Source: Paragordius varius (taxonomy: Eukaryota; Animalia; Nematomorpha). From it: a stretch of 64,000 bases of DNA. The notes beneath the pieces are model-generated. The model was given only the letters and a program-made list of their open reading frames with translations. It ran no database searches and was not told the origin of the DNA. Positions 36,306-51,300 of this stretch are shown in pieces. A program made the translations under genes and the position numbers. Within the stretch, counting starts at the first letter, position 1. Each line of letters begins with the position of its first letter. The stretch covers positions 7,936,001-8,000,000 of the forward strand of contig OZ176053.1 of the NCBI GenBank assembly GCA_964247055.1. Direction: 5' to 3'.

Positions 36306-39300
36306 TTATATAATAAAATCATTGTTTATATTATTCATATTGTTGGTATTAAGTTGTGTATTATGGAAGGCAGTGATCCATTCATATTTATCAAATCTAT
36401 AGATCAGAAATAATATATATGTATATATAGTTTTAAGTTGGTATTAAAATCAAAAAATACGATAATACATTATTTTAATCATATAAATAAACCTGTTTGC
36501 ACATTCAATGAGAAGTTGGCAAGATTGATTCTCATGATTTTGTTGCATAACAATTAACAAACAATTATTTATACATTCAGATGGGGTATGCGAAAGATTT
36601 GTCTCCAAATCATACATTCCCAAGTGTTGTTTATAACAATAATCGATGATTTCAGTCGTTTCACTAGATCTAAAAATTTAACAAATGTATTATTCTCAAA
36701 AGTAATTTTAATTCGGGCTTTAAGTACTCTAGTTTAAAGTTTTGTTTTTATCATTTGTTTTTTGTCCCAACTATTTAAAATTCAAAAAATATTTGGTTAA
36801 ATACTAACAAGTGCTGCTATTATCATATATAAAGTATTTTTGCTTGTTAACGTTCCGCGATGTCCATATTTTTGCCAAATTATAAATATTGAAATAATTT
36901 ACCTTTTGCGTTTTCCAATTAAAAATAAATCATTGAATAGGATTAGGTGAAGTGGCACTTTCACAATTTTTTTGTGGCTTAATTTTTCCATAATATGATA
37001 AATGTCGGATGTATTTAAAGTTATGATTGATAAAACATCACCATGTTTAGCTACATACCGGTGTTGGGAAATTAAGGGTATTTCCTGTTTATAAAATAAA
37101 TTGTTTTATATTTTGTGCAAAACGTCGTACATGAATTGATTATATTTATTTTAAGCGTTATAAAATGATTGATTCCCTAAAACTTCATATTTGTTATTTA
37201 AATAGTATAGTTTTATCAGATCGTTTATTATTATTAGCTTTTTTTTACAATGTGAGTTACTATACATTGCTAATTATTTATTAAAATTGCCCGAAAGCAT
37301 ACAAAGAGCATTGTTGGTGAATTAGATAAAGCCTACAATATTGCTCCTTGCTGTATAACTACTGGCAGTAATTAACGAAAATCTAGCAATTAATCTGTAT
37401 ATTGAAGGCTATAAAAAATAAACCAAAAATTATAAATAAATTGTTATCATTGGGTTTAAAAGGGGCTTATCATTGAAAACATCTATGGCTCGAAAAACTT
37501 TTAGTTGACACATTTGTTTTAAATTTTTTTTAAATAATCCATATTAAATTGTTTAAGTTTTTTTTCAAAAGTAGTATAAATTAATGGAGTTGCCTTATTA
37601 ATTTGCATTCATCGTAAATTACATAAAATAAGGGTATGTAGGTTTTTAAATGCCGTTTAATTGACATATTACATTAAATATTTGAAATATATAAGTATAA
37701 CAAACAATGTTTAGCTTAAAATATGATAATAAAATTGATTTGATCATCCTTTTATTTAAAAAAAAATTAAGTCCAAATATTGGGGTGTATTATAAAGTTT
37801 CACAATTGTTATGGACCTTTTCAGTATTTTAAATGGGTAAAAGAAAGCCATACATGTATGGATTTTATTTGTTACATATCTAATAAAACTTTATTTTTTT
37901 CTTCACAATTCAAAAAAATGTAAATAAAAACGAAAAATCTCTTGCATCGACACCCTTTTAGCCATTTTACCGAAATTTTCTTTACGTTATGATAAGGATA
38001 AAAAATTTGATTTTTTAAGCTATAGATTTGCGTTAATAACGATTTGAATGTATCCGCATATTATATATTAATTGTATCATACTTTGACTTTGAATTTCAG
38101 TGTCTGCAGGAGATCAATCATTCGTTCAATTCTTTCCATCACCTTTATTCCTGTATTACATTTCGACACAATCTGTAATCATGCACGCATATGTATAAAT
38201 TAGCAATTAATTTAATCTTTTCATATTTCAACGCTTTTCCTGATATTATTGTTTTATTAACTATTTACATATAATTTCTTAACTTGTGAATTGTTAGGCC
38301 GCAAATGTGCAAAATTTTGAAAAATTAAAAGCTTACTAAAATATGAATTCGATTACATGATTAAAGACTATTCATGATAAAATTTACACAAAACCCAAAA
38401 AATTCGTTTAGCCCAAATGTACCATTTACAATTTATCACCCTCGAACAATTTAAATCACCCTTGAGAAATTCAAATTTACCCTAAAAATAAATTACGAAT
38501 TTTCGTGCTACAGTATTATTTTAATTCTACACAAAATTTCATTTTTTAAAAATATAATAAAATATAACTAATTTTTAAATTTCAATAAATTTTACAATAA
38601 ATAAAATACATCATTAAAGAGGCGTAAAGCCAGTTCTGCCGAAAGATATTCGGGCGTTCCGACCACCCGTCTATCCAGTATAGCTTTGATGAGTAAAGGC
38701 ATACGCGTTATTCGTTGCATCGGTAAAATTAGATAGGAGTAGAGTGATAATCCACGGCAAGCAGGATCGTTTTCCAAAGTCCTGAGAGTTTTGGCGAATT
38801 GATGGTTTTTCCTAGGAGAAAATTGAATAATATTATTTGCTTGTTTTATGTAAATTTCCATTTTATACTTTACATGGTAATCAAACAATTTGATGTTTGA
38901 CACGTCTAATCATTGCAATATATAAATACATATAAAAATTGTTTAAATTATTGAAATATCAAAGCTATCTACTTTAGAAAGGAGAGTGCTTTAAATTGGT
39001 ATGATTGATTTGAGCAATATTTGATGTAGACTTGAAATCCTGAATCGCCCGTTTGACAATGGCGAATGATTATGTCGCATATGTCTTTTACGATTAAACC
39101 TTCCTCTAACCATCTCTCATTGAGAGCGTTCAAGAATCTAATAAATTAATGTTATTGATAAATTTATATTATATCTTTCCATATATTTAATTTGAATCGG
39201 AAAGTTTTTTGTTTTGTTAAAATTTAATATATTTACTGAATTTAATATTACCTAAAGCTTTTTTAGCAAAAAAATTCATTTTATTTTAACATGAATTATA

Positions 39301-42300
39301 TTTTTTGAAGCATACCTTTTGCTAGCTTGTCTTACGGCTAAAATGTTTGAGAACAAATAATGTTTTTCTTGCGGATTTATTAAGGGGTTTCGAGAATGTC
39401 CTGAAGATTTTTCTTTTGTGTTGCAGAAATCCGGGTGCTCATAAAAGGTTTGGATAAGTATATTAAGGTCATTGTAATATGATTTTTCAGTCATCAAGAT
39501 TTCATACATAGCCTATATTTGATATCATATAAATTAAAATTTAAATTCTTATAACAATTAGTTAATATATGGACCGATTTAATTATGAAACTATAGGTAT
39601 TCTCTTTCTTAATGTATAGAACAGTGCTAATCAATATGTTAATAACTTTGAATATTTATAAAAAATGCAGTGCTAAAACTTTCAAATTATTGGTTTTTAA
39701 AAAATAAACAAATTTGGATTTTGCAATTTGTCGATTTTTTAGTGCTTACCTCTAAATAATTGCTTATAAAACTGCTTTTAATAACAAGTCCGAAAATTGA
39801 TATGCACACAAATATGTTATACAAGTATAATTCTAATTTCATATATACTTTGAAATATATATTAAATTAAAATTAATAAAACAATGATACTATTTACGAT
39901 ATGGTGTTATAGACTGGCACAAAAAATAGTAAGACAATTTAACACCTATCAATAACTATAAGAAAATGGCACCTTCCGCGAAATATTTAAATTTCCAAAA
40001 TTTAATTGATTAATTGGTTTTAATTATCTCAAAAATAAAATAATTTATGCTAATCTGATATAAAAACAATTTTTTACATTAAATAATGTGTATTAATTTT
40101 AATTACGAGAGATAAACATATGTATGACAACTTTTGACCCGTTATTTTTATAGTCGTTGGTTACGGTTATGATTGCATTCATTCGATCAAACCCCTAATT
40201 ACTATACACAGATAAAATGTTTTTTATGTTTAACGCATATACTTTTGAGTGTCGTTTTTAATTTTTAAAACATGGTAAAGTTGATCGCGACGAGTGTGCT
40301 AAGCCACGTTAGTGATTTAATAAAAATGTAAAAAAACAATACTTCCTGTTCCTGGATAGTCCTTGGATCCATGTTTTGAAGTATATTTCCTTGTTGAATC
40401 TGTACGATAATGAAGAAATTAAAAATCAAATAATATTTACTTATTAATATTTATGGTTACTTCAGGGATATCATGCCATAAGGTATTAAAATGCGGGACA
40501 TTTAAAAAATGTTTAAAATTTGAAGGTAGTTGACTTTTGCTTGTCTCCTGCATTGATTTAAATCCTACATTACCAACTGATTCCTCCAAATATGGATGAT
40601 TTCTATTTTCATTTTCATTGAGTAAAAAAATTTCTGACATAGGTCGTCGAATACATTGTGAGTGAGATCTTGAAAGCTCCAATCTTTGATTACCGAGTTA
40701 AAAATATAATTAAATTTTAAAATAATTAAATTTCAAACTTATCCTAATCTTAGCATTATTGGGTTAAATTTACTTTGAGGCGGATAGGTTGGATAACATT
40801 ACTCCATCATTGTTAATATTCTTGATCAGTTTCTTCTTTGAATTGGAACGCATAGTTAAGAATTTTTTTATGCCTCCCTTAGATTTGCTGGCTAAATTTA
40901 AGTTTTTGGTTGATAAAGATGCATTATGATCAATGATAGATAACTTACTCCTCGTATTTTCAAAAAGTAAAGGAGTTGATGATATTGTTGGTTGTTTTTC
41001 CGCTAAATTTATACATGATTGATGATATAAACTTTGTGGTTTGGGCCTAAATTTGGTAGGCTCACAGGTGCGATCCATATAGTTATTAACAAAATTATTT
41101 TTATCGATAATAACTTGGTTGTTACACGGTAAATTTTGATAGATTTCAGGGAATTTTTGTTGATGCGTTTCCTCTTCCTTCATAGTTTCCCCAATGAGCT
41201 TTTTAGCCTTTTGAGCTGCTTGATTAGATACAATTTTCCAATCGTATGAGATCGTTACATTTGACTGGGGCGGATTTATCGAGCTAACGATATCATTTTT
41301 ATTTTGTGCTACAATGTGACTAGCATTGCCCAAATATTGCCTTTTAGGGATGACGGGGGGCGGAAGGGGTATTGTGTTATTGGAATTCGAAGAATTCGTA
41401 TCAGACAATTCAGATATGGCTGAGTCTTTCTCAACATCCTTTTTGCAAACGTTTGTTGCACTTCTATCCATAAAATTATTATTATTATTATTATCCTGCT
41501 TATAATTATTATTGCTACATTGAAATGATAAATTTATAATGTTATTGCTGATATCATTAACGCCATGATAAATCTTAGTCGATTCCGCACCCGTTTTTGT
41601 GTTGATTGGTTGATGTTGCGGAAAATTATTTGCCTTCTCATTAGTTATGGTCTTAAGTAAATCGAATTCCTTGGTAATATTTATGGGTTGAGATTTCCTT
41701 ATAAAATAACAAAAGTAAAATTTGCCACTAAAATATTCAACACTTTTAATTACCATCATCAAAATGTATTTAAGTAATTACTTGGTTGTTTTCAAGTATT
41801 CATAGAAGGCCATTAACAAAGGCTCTACATTCGGATTTTGATCTGTGAAATATAAATATGAGAGTTTGTTAAGTAAATGATGTAAATATTAGATTCGATG
41901 TCAAAAATTCTCAAACTGCATTTATCTTTCCTGTCTACCCTAAAACTCTAATATAATATTAGCTTCCCTTAAAATTTGCTAAGTTACCCTTTGTTATAAC
42001 CAGTCAAAAAATACTACATATATTTAGAGCACAGAAAGGGTGGATTCAGATAATTATATATTAATAATCTAATTTTATGGCTAAAGACACGTTTCGGTTT
42101 CGGACTTAAATTGTATTATACATGCATAATAAATAGGTATTTCATAACACCACTATAACTTCAAACTCAAACAAACCAATTTACCATAATCATTCTAGAT
42201 TTAACGGTTACTTAATTAATTCAGGCGCGTTTAACATGCGGCCATCCAAAACATTTCTGCGGCCCATAGAAGTTTCATCACAAAATTTTATGAAATCTAA

Positions 42301-45300
42301 ATAAAATTGATTTTGTTAAACAAACTTTCTAAAATAATCTTACCAAATTTTGGCAACTAACTGGCAAAAAATTGTAAAATAAATACAATCTTATATTTAA
42401 AATCTAATAAAATATTTGTTAATGCCCATATATTTTGCGTAAGCGGCCTCTCGGATTTTTTGACCCGAAAATACGGCCCGTGAAGCCAAGACACCCCTGA
42501 TCTAATTAAATGTAGATTTAAATTTCATCTTAAATACTTGGTGCAATATTGGGTGGTATTTTTCCACAAAGTGACATTAATTTTTGGCAGAACTGGGAAT
42601 ATTCTTCATCCATCGGTTGCTTTGAACATGGATTTACATTATCCCTTGAGAGGCATTCGATATTTCCAGATTCTTTGAGATTATAATACTGAAATTTGGG
42701 TGATTCATATTTTAGGGTAGATTCATCGCCATCTTCAAAAGCTGGATAAAATTAAATATATGTTTGCAAAGATGTGTAATTAATATACGGAAAATTAATC
42801 TACCAACCAAATATCTAACCCTGTGTGTTCGGACATTCTTAAATCTTAAATTTATATTTTTGGTTTAGCATCCAAACACGAATCTATTAGCTAATGAACG
42901 TTTGATTAATAGTTATTGGATTTATTGTTTCTCATAATGTTTTGTTTTTTTTATGTATCCAATTCAGAAAAGTATGTCAATAATTTTATATCAGTGTAAA
43001 ATAAAAAAATATTATCCCATTTTTTTAAATTTCCAAATTTTTAATTATAATTTATATGTGTTTGGTTTTATCTTATTTTTATTTATGTAGACTCTTAGCT
43101 CGCACAGCGAGAATTAATGAAAATTGTGGTTTTAGTAATTTAAGCAAAGTTTATTTTCGCGATAAAAATTCAAATCTATAGATTAAAATTAATTTAATGC
43201 GTTTTGAATCTAAATATACAAAATCTTTAAAGATATATTTTGAGACTTTTTACAGCGGATGTGTTAAAAAGGTATTTTAATTTTAAAATGCTTTTTTTAT
43301 ATATTTAACCGCTTAAGATATCTCACATCCAGATTTTTTAATTTAGAGTTTAGGTTTAGTAGTTTTTTGTAGTAGAAATGCGAAAAAATTAAATTATCTG
43401 AGATGCTAGATATTTAATTAAACTCAATTTTTACTTTTTGGGCGAAAATACTCGTATCCGGTCGAATCTGTTTCTATTGTTTCAGCTGTTTGGTTATGTC
43501 CTGGTTGATATATATTTTGCTGTTGTGTGTGGTTAATTTTGGTCAAAACATGCGGTTGTGCAGAAAAAAATATGGGAGGTGTTTGTTGCTTTTCATCATC
43601 TTTGATAAGGTGTTGTTTCTTTTTATCGGTAGAAAATAATTTTAATTTTGGCATTGTGCTATTCCAAGGTTTAATTATCGTATTAGATTCATTTTGTGCA
43701 TTATGCGATTGGTGCGATACTAATTTTTCATTTACATTCTCTTGCGGATGTCCATTAAAAATTTGCAATGATGAATTCCGTTGTTGTCCTTTTTTGTACC
43801 TTTCAGTGACGGGTTTAGATTTAGGTAACTTGGGATCTAACATATTTTTTCTTATGTGCTTGATTGGACTGCTGCAATCTGATTCGGAAGGCAAGCTAAA
43901 ATGATCCGTATACATTGACATTTGTTGTTTAGCGTTTATTAACGAAGTTAATTGATTCCCCATCATTTTATCCACACTGTTTGGAACTACTATGTTGTTG
44001 TGTAAGTTTAGTAGACTCTTATGTAAAAGGAAATCTTTATTCATATGTGTAGAATTGGTTGTTGAATTTAAACCAGGTGTAAAGTTAGTATTTGTATTAT
44101 CAATATTAACAAACTTTGGGGCATTGGGGAAGGCGATATGATTATTAAATGTGTTATGGTTGTTGTTGGAAATATTATCACTGACTAAATGGGTATAGGA
44201 ATTTGCGTGAGATAATAGTTTTTTCTTATCACTCAATACTCGTGTTGACCAACTACCAACCGGTTCTAAAAAGGGCAAAAATTTTAAGTACCGCAAAAAT
44301 TATAAAAAAATATTTTAAATACAATAACCCATTCATTTCTCATTAAAATTTAAATTTAACGACAACATTATAAGGTTTACAAGATTAGTAAGATAATTTA
44401 ATTGGTATTTTTTTAAAAATATTTATTTGATAGATTTTCAGACACAGAAAAATGTCCTACCAGAGGTGTCCAAACCCGCAAACCGCATGCAGCACTTTGA
44501 GACTTTATAAGCGACCCGCGTTGGAAATTCATAATTTGCAAAAATATGCTTACAACATCTTAGTAAATTTGTATTTTTTAAACGATTTTTGTATATAAGT
44601 CTATCCAATTGGCAAAAACTAGAAAAAAATATTATATTATGTTTGCATTTTACAGTCCTATGTTTGAAATCTAATAAATTATTAATAAATGCCCATATAT
44701 ATTTCTAATGCGGCATGCCATTTTTTAAATAAAAAATGTGGCCCAAAGCCATTTGTCTTGGTAACCCCTGGTTTAAACGCATAGAAATGTTGAAAAACTT
44801 GTTTAAGTAAATTTATAAAAGAAATTTTTGCATTGATATAAAATATATTTAATATTCGCGAATTCAACTAACATTTTATGGTTAATATTGTTTTAAAAAA
44901 AATTCTAAATCATTCTTAAAAAAATGGTTTGCGATATACATAATACTAAATAAAATTATTTTTAATTTTTTTTAACTACAAAACATATATAAACTTGTTG
45001 GTTCCGGATTAACTTTTGGCATAAGCTGATTTTGTTGGCATTCAATATCTTTATCCACATCTTGATTTTTTGTGCTTTTTCCTGAACAATTCAAATCTGG
45101 CGTACAGTTTGAAATGGCATGTCTATTAAATTTATTATTGTAAGTACCACCAACCGATAATTTTTTGGACATGGGTTGCTTAACAATAAATGTCCCAGCT
45201 TGTTGTTTTCTATTATTGTTATTTGACTTTTTCTTTTTGTAAGTTGTGTTTATTGAGGAGGAGTAGGAGTAGGAGTTTATTGGTTTATTGAGTTTTTCTT

Positions 45301-48300
45301 TCTTGATACCATCCCTAATTCCTCCTGACATGCTATAGTGTGCCGATGAATTGGTAGAGGATGTATCATGATTCCTGGCTTTCTGGTGTTTAGCCAATGT
45401 AAAATTATCCTTTTTATACGGATTATTATTTACATTATTTTTGTTGTTAGCTTTGTTGGTGGTAATGTAAGTTGATGTACTTTGGTTAGAGTCATCCTCT
45501 AAATCATCCCAATCGGTTTGCCAACTTATATCCGAACCTTCTGAACCATAATCTTTATTCTAATACATTTTGAAGGAAAAAAGTTACGTAAATTATAAAA
45601 TTTTCAAAGATAATGGGTGAGGTAACGACCAAGGTTTGTCAAGTAGTTTGTATAATTATGTCGGGAAAAATTGAACATGCTATTTATCTCAAATTTTGGT
45701 ATAAGGCATCGTTTCATCGGGAGTTATTTAAAATATCTACTATCACCCCGACAATGCCAGTGTGCAAAAATTTGTCATTTTAATAAATATATTTTTTCCC
45801 TATTCACGAACAGTTTTCAAGTATTCCTTATAATAAACATGAATTTTAACAAATACCATTTCTTCTCTGTTATCATTTTTGATGGTGATGGAAGGAGTTA
45901 AAGAGTGTGGTTGGAACTGATCATTTTTCAATTTGTTTGCATTAGCATTAAAAAATTTGGATGATGTCATTACAATATTTTGGGCTCCGGTCAAAGTATC
46001 GTTTGCCCGTTCACATATCAGCTGAGACATTTTGTTTATTGGTGTTTGGATATTTGCTACAACAAGTGGCGTGTTAATTATTCGGCTAAAAAGAATATTG
46101 GAAATGAAAACATAATAAATTAATGTAATTATTTAACTATATAATATATATATAAAGTTTTGCATTAGTTTATTAAGTGTACTGAAATCGACCAGGCGTT
46201 TCTTAAATCTAGGATAAATATAAATAAATCAGGGGTGGTTAGCACGCGGACAAAATATAGCAGCCCGCGAGAAATATACATAATTTCACGAAATTTAAAT
46301 AAAAATGATTGATTATCTTAAACAAATTATCTTAATAATTCTTCTCGAATTTTGGCAACGAACTAGAAAAAAATGATAAAAAATAGCATTTTTAAAATCT
46401 TATATTTGGAATCTAATAATTTATCTGTTAATGCCCATATATGCGAATGCGGCTCGTCGGATTTTTAGATTCGAAAATGGAGCCTGCGAAGCCATTTGTG
46501 TTAAACACCTCTTATCTAAATTATGAGTTTAACCCCGTTAAATTTAACGCTATTTGGCAAATTTTTACCAATTATTGATTCATAAAATGTATTTATTAGT
46601 GTTTGAGTTTAATCTTATCAAATCAGCTAAAAATTATGAAGTTTGATCGAGTAATAAAAAGTAAAAATCACATGCAAATTTGCCTCCAAATAAAAATTAT
46701 CCCAATAAACTTGTATGCAATAGTGTGTATTTGTCAATTTGTATCTAAAATAGCTTATTCAATTTTAACAATAAACCTGTGTATGAATAATTTTTTAAAT
46801 CAATTACCATTATCTTTTATTTAATTTATAATTATATATAAGTATTTGAATAGTCATTATTGTATGTAATTTTTTTACTTTATATGAAATAATTTTTGCT
46901 AATATTCGTGACGAATTTATTTTTTCATAATATTTTTGTACATATTAACCTCAATGCTAAAGGTGACATTTACAATGTGATAAATGGCAATACAATGTTA
47001 CTAACAAAAATAGATTATTTTAATATGACACCAAATCCAAATGGTTAATATAATAAAAATAAATAATTTTACAAAAATATGAAATTAGATAGGGAAAAGA
47101 ATCGAATTTGAGAATGTTTAATTTTTAGGAGGTGTCAGGAAAAATAATGTAAATGAATCGATACATTCTATGTTGGATCATGTAGTTTTAAAGTTAATAT
47201 TTTTTATATAAAAAATCACCAGTCTTCTCAAAAAATTGGGAATCGGAGAGTATAAAACAAACTTTGTCATCAGTTGTTTTTACAGGAGAAATATATACTA
47301 AGGCAATTAGCCAAGATATTTATAATAATTTAGTAAATACAAATTTCTTATAAATATTAATAAATGGGTTCGATATTTTAAAATGAAAAACAAAAAATAA
47401 GTTGTGAACATATGTTGTTAATGGATGTATTTTGATAGATGAATTAACACTTTATATAATTTAAGGAATTTTGTTTTTTTGCAAAAAAATGTCAATTTAT
47501 GGGAAAGCAGCCAAAAATAAGGGTAAAAATAGCTCGACTATTATTTATTATAGCTAAGATTGTTGTCGATTTATTGCTTTTTCGAAAGTATATTTTCTCC
47601 AGATTATTCGATTGTAAGCGAGTGCTGTTAGCTGTTGTAAAGAAAGATTGGTTTTTTGGTTAGGTTTTTGATCCAGCGCATCTTGCAGCGTCCACGTTTC
47701 CTGGATCCTTCGACCTTGCCTGTTATTAGTTGGAATTTCAAGTCATTAGCTCTGGTAATATAACCAAAGTATGATAATTTCATTTTGAGGCACATGCCGA
47801 TCAGGTGTATCTCGGGATTTATTTTGCCATGGATTACGGTTCTTTATTTTGTCTTTCCAGGTGATTTGTACTATCTTCCGCCAGCACCACATTTCGAAGG
47901 CGTTAATGTATCTTTCGTCATCCCTTATTATTGTCCAACTTTCTGCCTCGTATAGCATATTAGGGGATATTAGGAATTTAACAATCGGATTTTTGTTTTG
48001 AGTTTGATGTTGTGTGACGACTATAGTTTATAATATTTTATCATTTTTGATTTAGCGATTCCTATTCTTCTTCTGATATCGGGAGTACTGTTGTTGGTCG
48101 TATTGATAAGACTGCGTAAATAAGTGTATTGGGAGACTACTTCGATTTTTTGGCTGTCGAAGGATAAATTCTTGCAATGATTCTGAGCGTTTATATTCAT
48201 AATTTTAGTTTTTTTGTAGTTGGTCGTCAGACAGAATTTTTGACATTCAGTTGAAAATTCAGTTAAGAGTTTTTTTAGGATGTCCACTGAATTTGACAGC

Positions 48301-51300
48301 AGTATAGTGTCGTCAGCATAGTGAAATGATGATATAATATTGCTGGCGATGCTTATGCCATTAGCTTTATCTATATTTCTTAATACACTTTCTATGCAAA
48401 CGTTAAAAAGAGTCGGTGAAAGGACGCATCCTTGTCGTGAACCATTGTTCATTCATATCTTCACTATGTTGACGACACCACAAAGCTGTCAAATTCAGTG
48501 GACAAACTAAAAAAACTCTTAACGGAATTTCAACTGAATGTCAAAAATTCGGTCTGACGATCAACTACAAAAAACTAAAATTATGAATATAAACGCTCAG
48601 AATCATTACAACAATTTATTCTTTGACAACCAAAAAATCGAAGTAGTCTCCCAATACACTTATTTAGGCAGTCTTATCAATAGGACTAACAACAGTACTC
48701 CCGATATCAGAAGAAGAATAGGAATCGCTAAAAATGATAAAATATCATGACATCAAACTCAAACAAAAATCCGATTAGTTAAATCCCTAATATCCCATGC
48801 TATACGCGTCAGAAAGTTGGATGACGAAAGATACATTAACGCCTTCTAAATGTGGTGCTGGCGGAAGATAGTACAAACCTGGAAAGATAAAATAAAGAAC
48901 ACAGCAATCCTTGACAAAATAAATTCCGAGATACACCTGATCGGCATGTACCTCAAAATGAAATTATCATACTTTGGTCACATTACCAGAGCTAATGATT
49001 TGGAATTTCAACTAATGACAGGCAAGGTCGAAGGATCCAGGAAACGTGGACGCTGCAAGATGCGCTGGATCCAAAACCTAACCAAACAAACCAATCTTTC
49101 TTTACAACAGCTAACAGCTCGCTTACAATCGATAAACTGGAGAAAATTTACCTTCCAAAAAGCAATAAATCGTCAACAATCTTTGCTATAATAATAATAT
49201 ATGTAATAGCTCTTATACGGGACGTTAAACTAAATTATTATGATTGGTTTAATATGTTTTTGCATCAATATTTGATCTAATTCATGTTTAATGAAATTAA
49301 AAAAATAACCAAATAGGTTTTTTAAATTTTTTCATTTATTATATAGCTAGAGAGACGGTATATTAATTTGTTTTATTAGTGATTACGATGCATTACCTCA
49401 GTTAGAAAAGTGTAAAAAAAATAATTCAATGCAAACAGAATAATTAACAAACAAAGGAAAAAGTATAGAATTAAATTTGAATGTTATGTACCTACCATAA
49501 GCGAGATCAATCAATATTCTAAATATATTAGTCAAAACAAAATATTATAATCTATATTAATAGGACATAACCTACATCCTTGGACCATTTACTTTAATAT
49601 ATAAAAATCAAAAAAATGTTACATTAAATAACAAATATTATTTATATTTTTGTTAATATTTTTTAAAATATATATAGCAGACAAATGATAAAGCGAGCGA
49701 AAAAATGGTATGTATCAATATAAATACCATCTAAATACATGTAACCTTTGTATGAAAATTGTTATTGAAAAAAAATAAAAAAAATTTTGCCATCCGTCAA
49801 TAATTTTAATATGAATCTTTTCTTATCTAATCTAAAATCTATATATATGAATTGGAAACTTCCATAATTATATATTGTATTTATGGTAAATTAATGTGTT
49901 AAATTACAGTTAAATGAAATTCGTTTGTTCATTTAGTAACTGTTTTTTATAAATATAAAATATAATCAAAAAGAAGTAAGCATGTTGATATTCAGAATTT
50001 TAGCGATATTTCTAAAATGACATAATTACAAATTTACTTAAAACAAAGCATATAGTTGTTGCAATTGGGAATGTGTTACATAAATGTAATTAACAGAGAA
50101 TCTGTGCACCAAAATTTTTTAACACAAAAAGTACACAAAGAAAGAATCAATTGTTTTTACGTAACATATTAAAATTTTACGTTTTTCTGAATAATAACCC
50201 TGTTAGACTTAAAAAACTTAATAATTTTAACATAAGCCCAAGGTTGTTTATTGTAAAAAATATTTTTTACAATACAGTATGAGTAAGTATATATTGCTAG
50301 AAAGTTATTAATCATTGCCAAATAGGCATATGGAGCAAAGAGAGTTATTATTGGCTAATAATAGTAAAAAGTGCAAAATTAACTATAAGCCAATAATACT
50401 GCCCTTTGTTGTATTTACTATTTGGCTATAATTATTAACTTTCCAGCAATGTATACTTATTCATACTGTAAATGTTCAAATATTTAACGCATATTTTTAA
50501 CGGATTGGCCATATATGCATATATATGTATATATATATTTATGTACATATGGATAACACAACAATTTGTTTAACCTTCAAACGAGATGATAAAAAATTAG
50601 TCAAGCATTATTTTTTCGTTAAATTACCACCGCTCTTGTATTAAAAATAACTAATTTAATAAATATTTTTTAACAAAAGTATAAATTTAGAAATTTTGAT
50701 GTTTTACAACTCACACAACAAACCAATCATATTTTAGTTATTATCAATGATCTAAAAATCTCATTGTAAAAAAGAGATTTATAATTCCAAAAGTTTATGA
50801 AGATACCTTTGTTTTTAGAAAATATTTTTTGCGAACAAATAAAATTAATTCTTTAACGCCTCGATCTATATCGCACATATCAATTTCATTACATAGTGAG
50901 TGCAGCATGCAACAAAGAGTTGCCGCTTATTTTAAGAGGATTAAACCTTAGTTATTGATTGATATCTTATTTGTTTAAAAATATGGTTAAGCCTACTACA
51001 ATTTTAAAAATATTTCCATAAGCATTAGTTTTTAACAGTTTAACTATTCAAAGTAGGTTCAACTCAACAGGAGACTCGTGTATTATAGTGCAAATGTGCA
51101 TATGTTAATTATTCTTTCGTGAAGAATATAGTTTTGAGGTATCAGTTTGTGAAAAACAAAATTTTTTAATTAAAATCTAACCGTTATACAGTGAAGATAT
51201 GACCTCATATTCCTTGATGAGTTTGTTCATTAATGTTTGTTTAGGTTTCATCTCAATATGAATTTTTTTAAAATAATATATATAATATCAGAGATTTAGA

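Noticed and set aside
36807-36842. Possible extra PH-domain exon (KNTLYMIIAAL, GTTAGT donor)
   Set aside because: Phase does not fit the next exon; direct joining 36903 to 36669 gives the ephexin-like KRKRSSETTEIIDYC.
37290-37410. FSLITAS.../VIQQGAIL-like peptide as PH start
   Set aside because: Needs a frameshift; the exon at 37084-36903 fits much better.
43527-43904. Antisense ORFs here and at 51706-52282
   Set aside because: Shadows of large RhoGEF exons.
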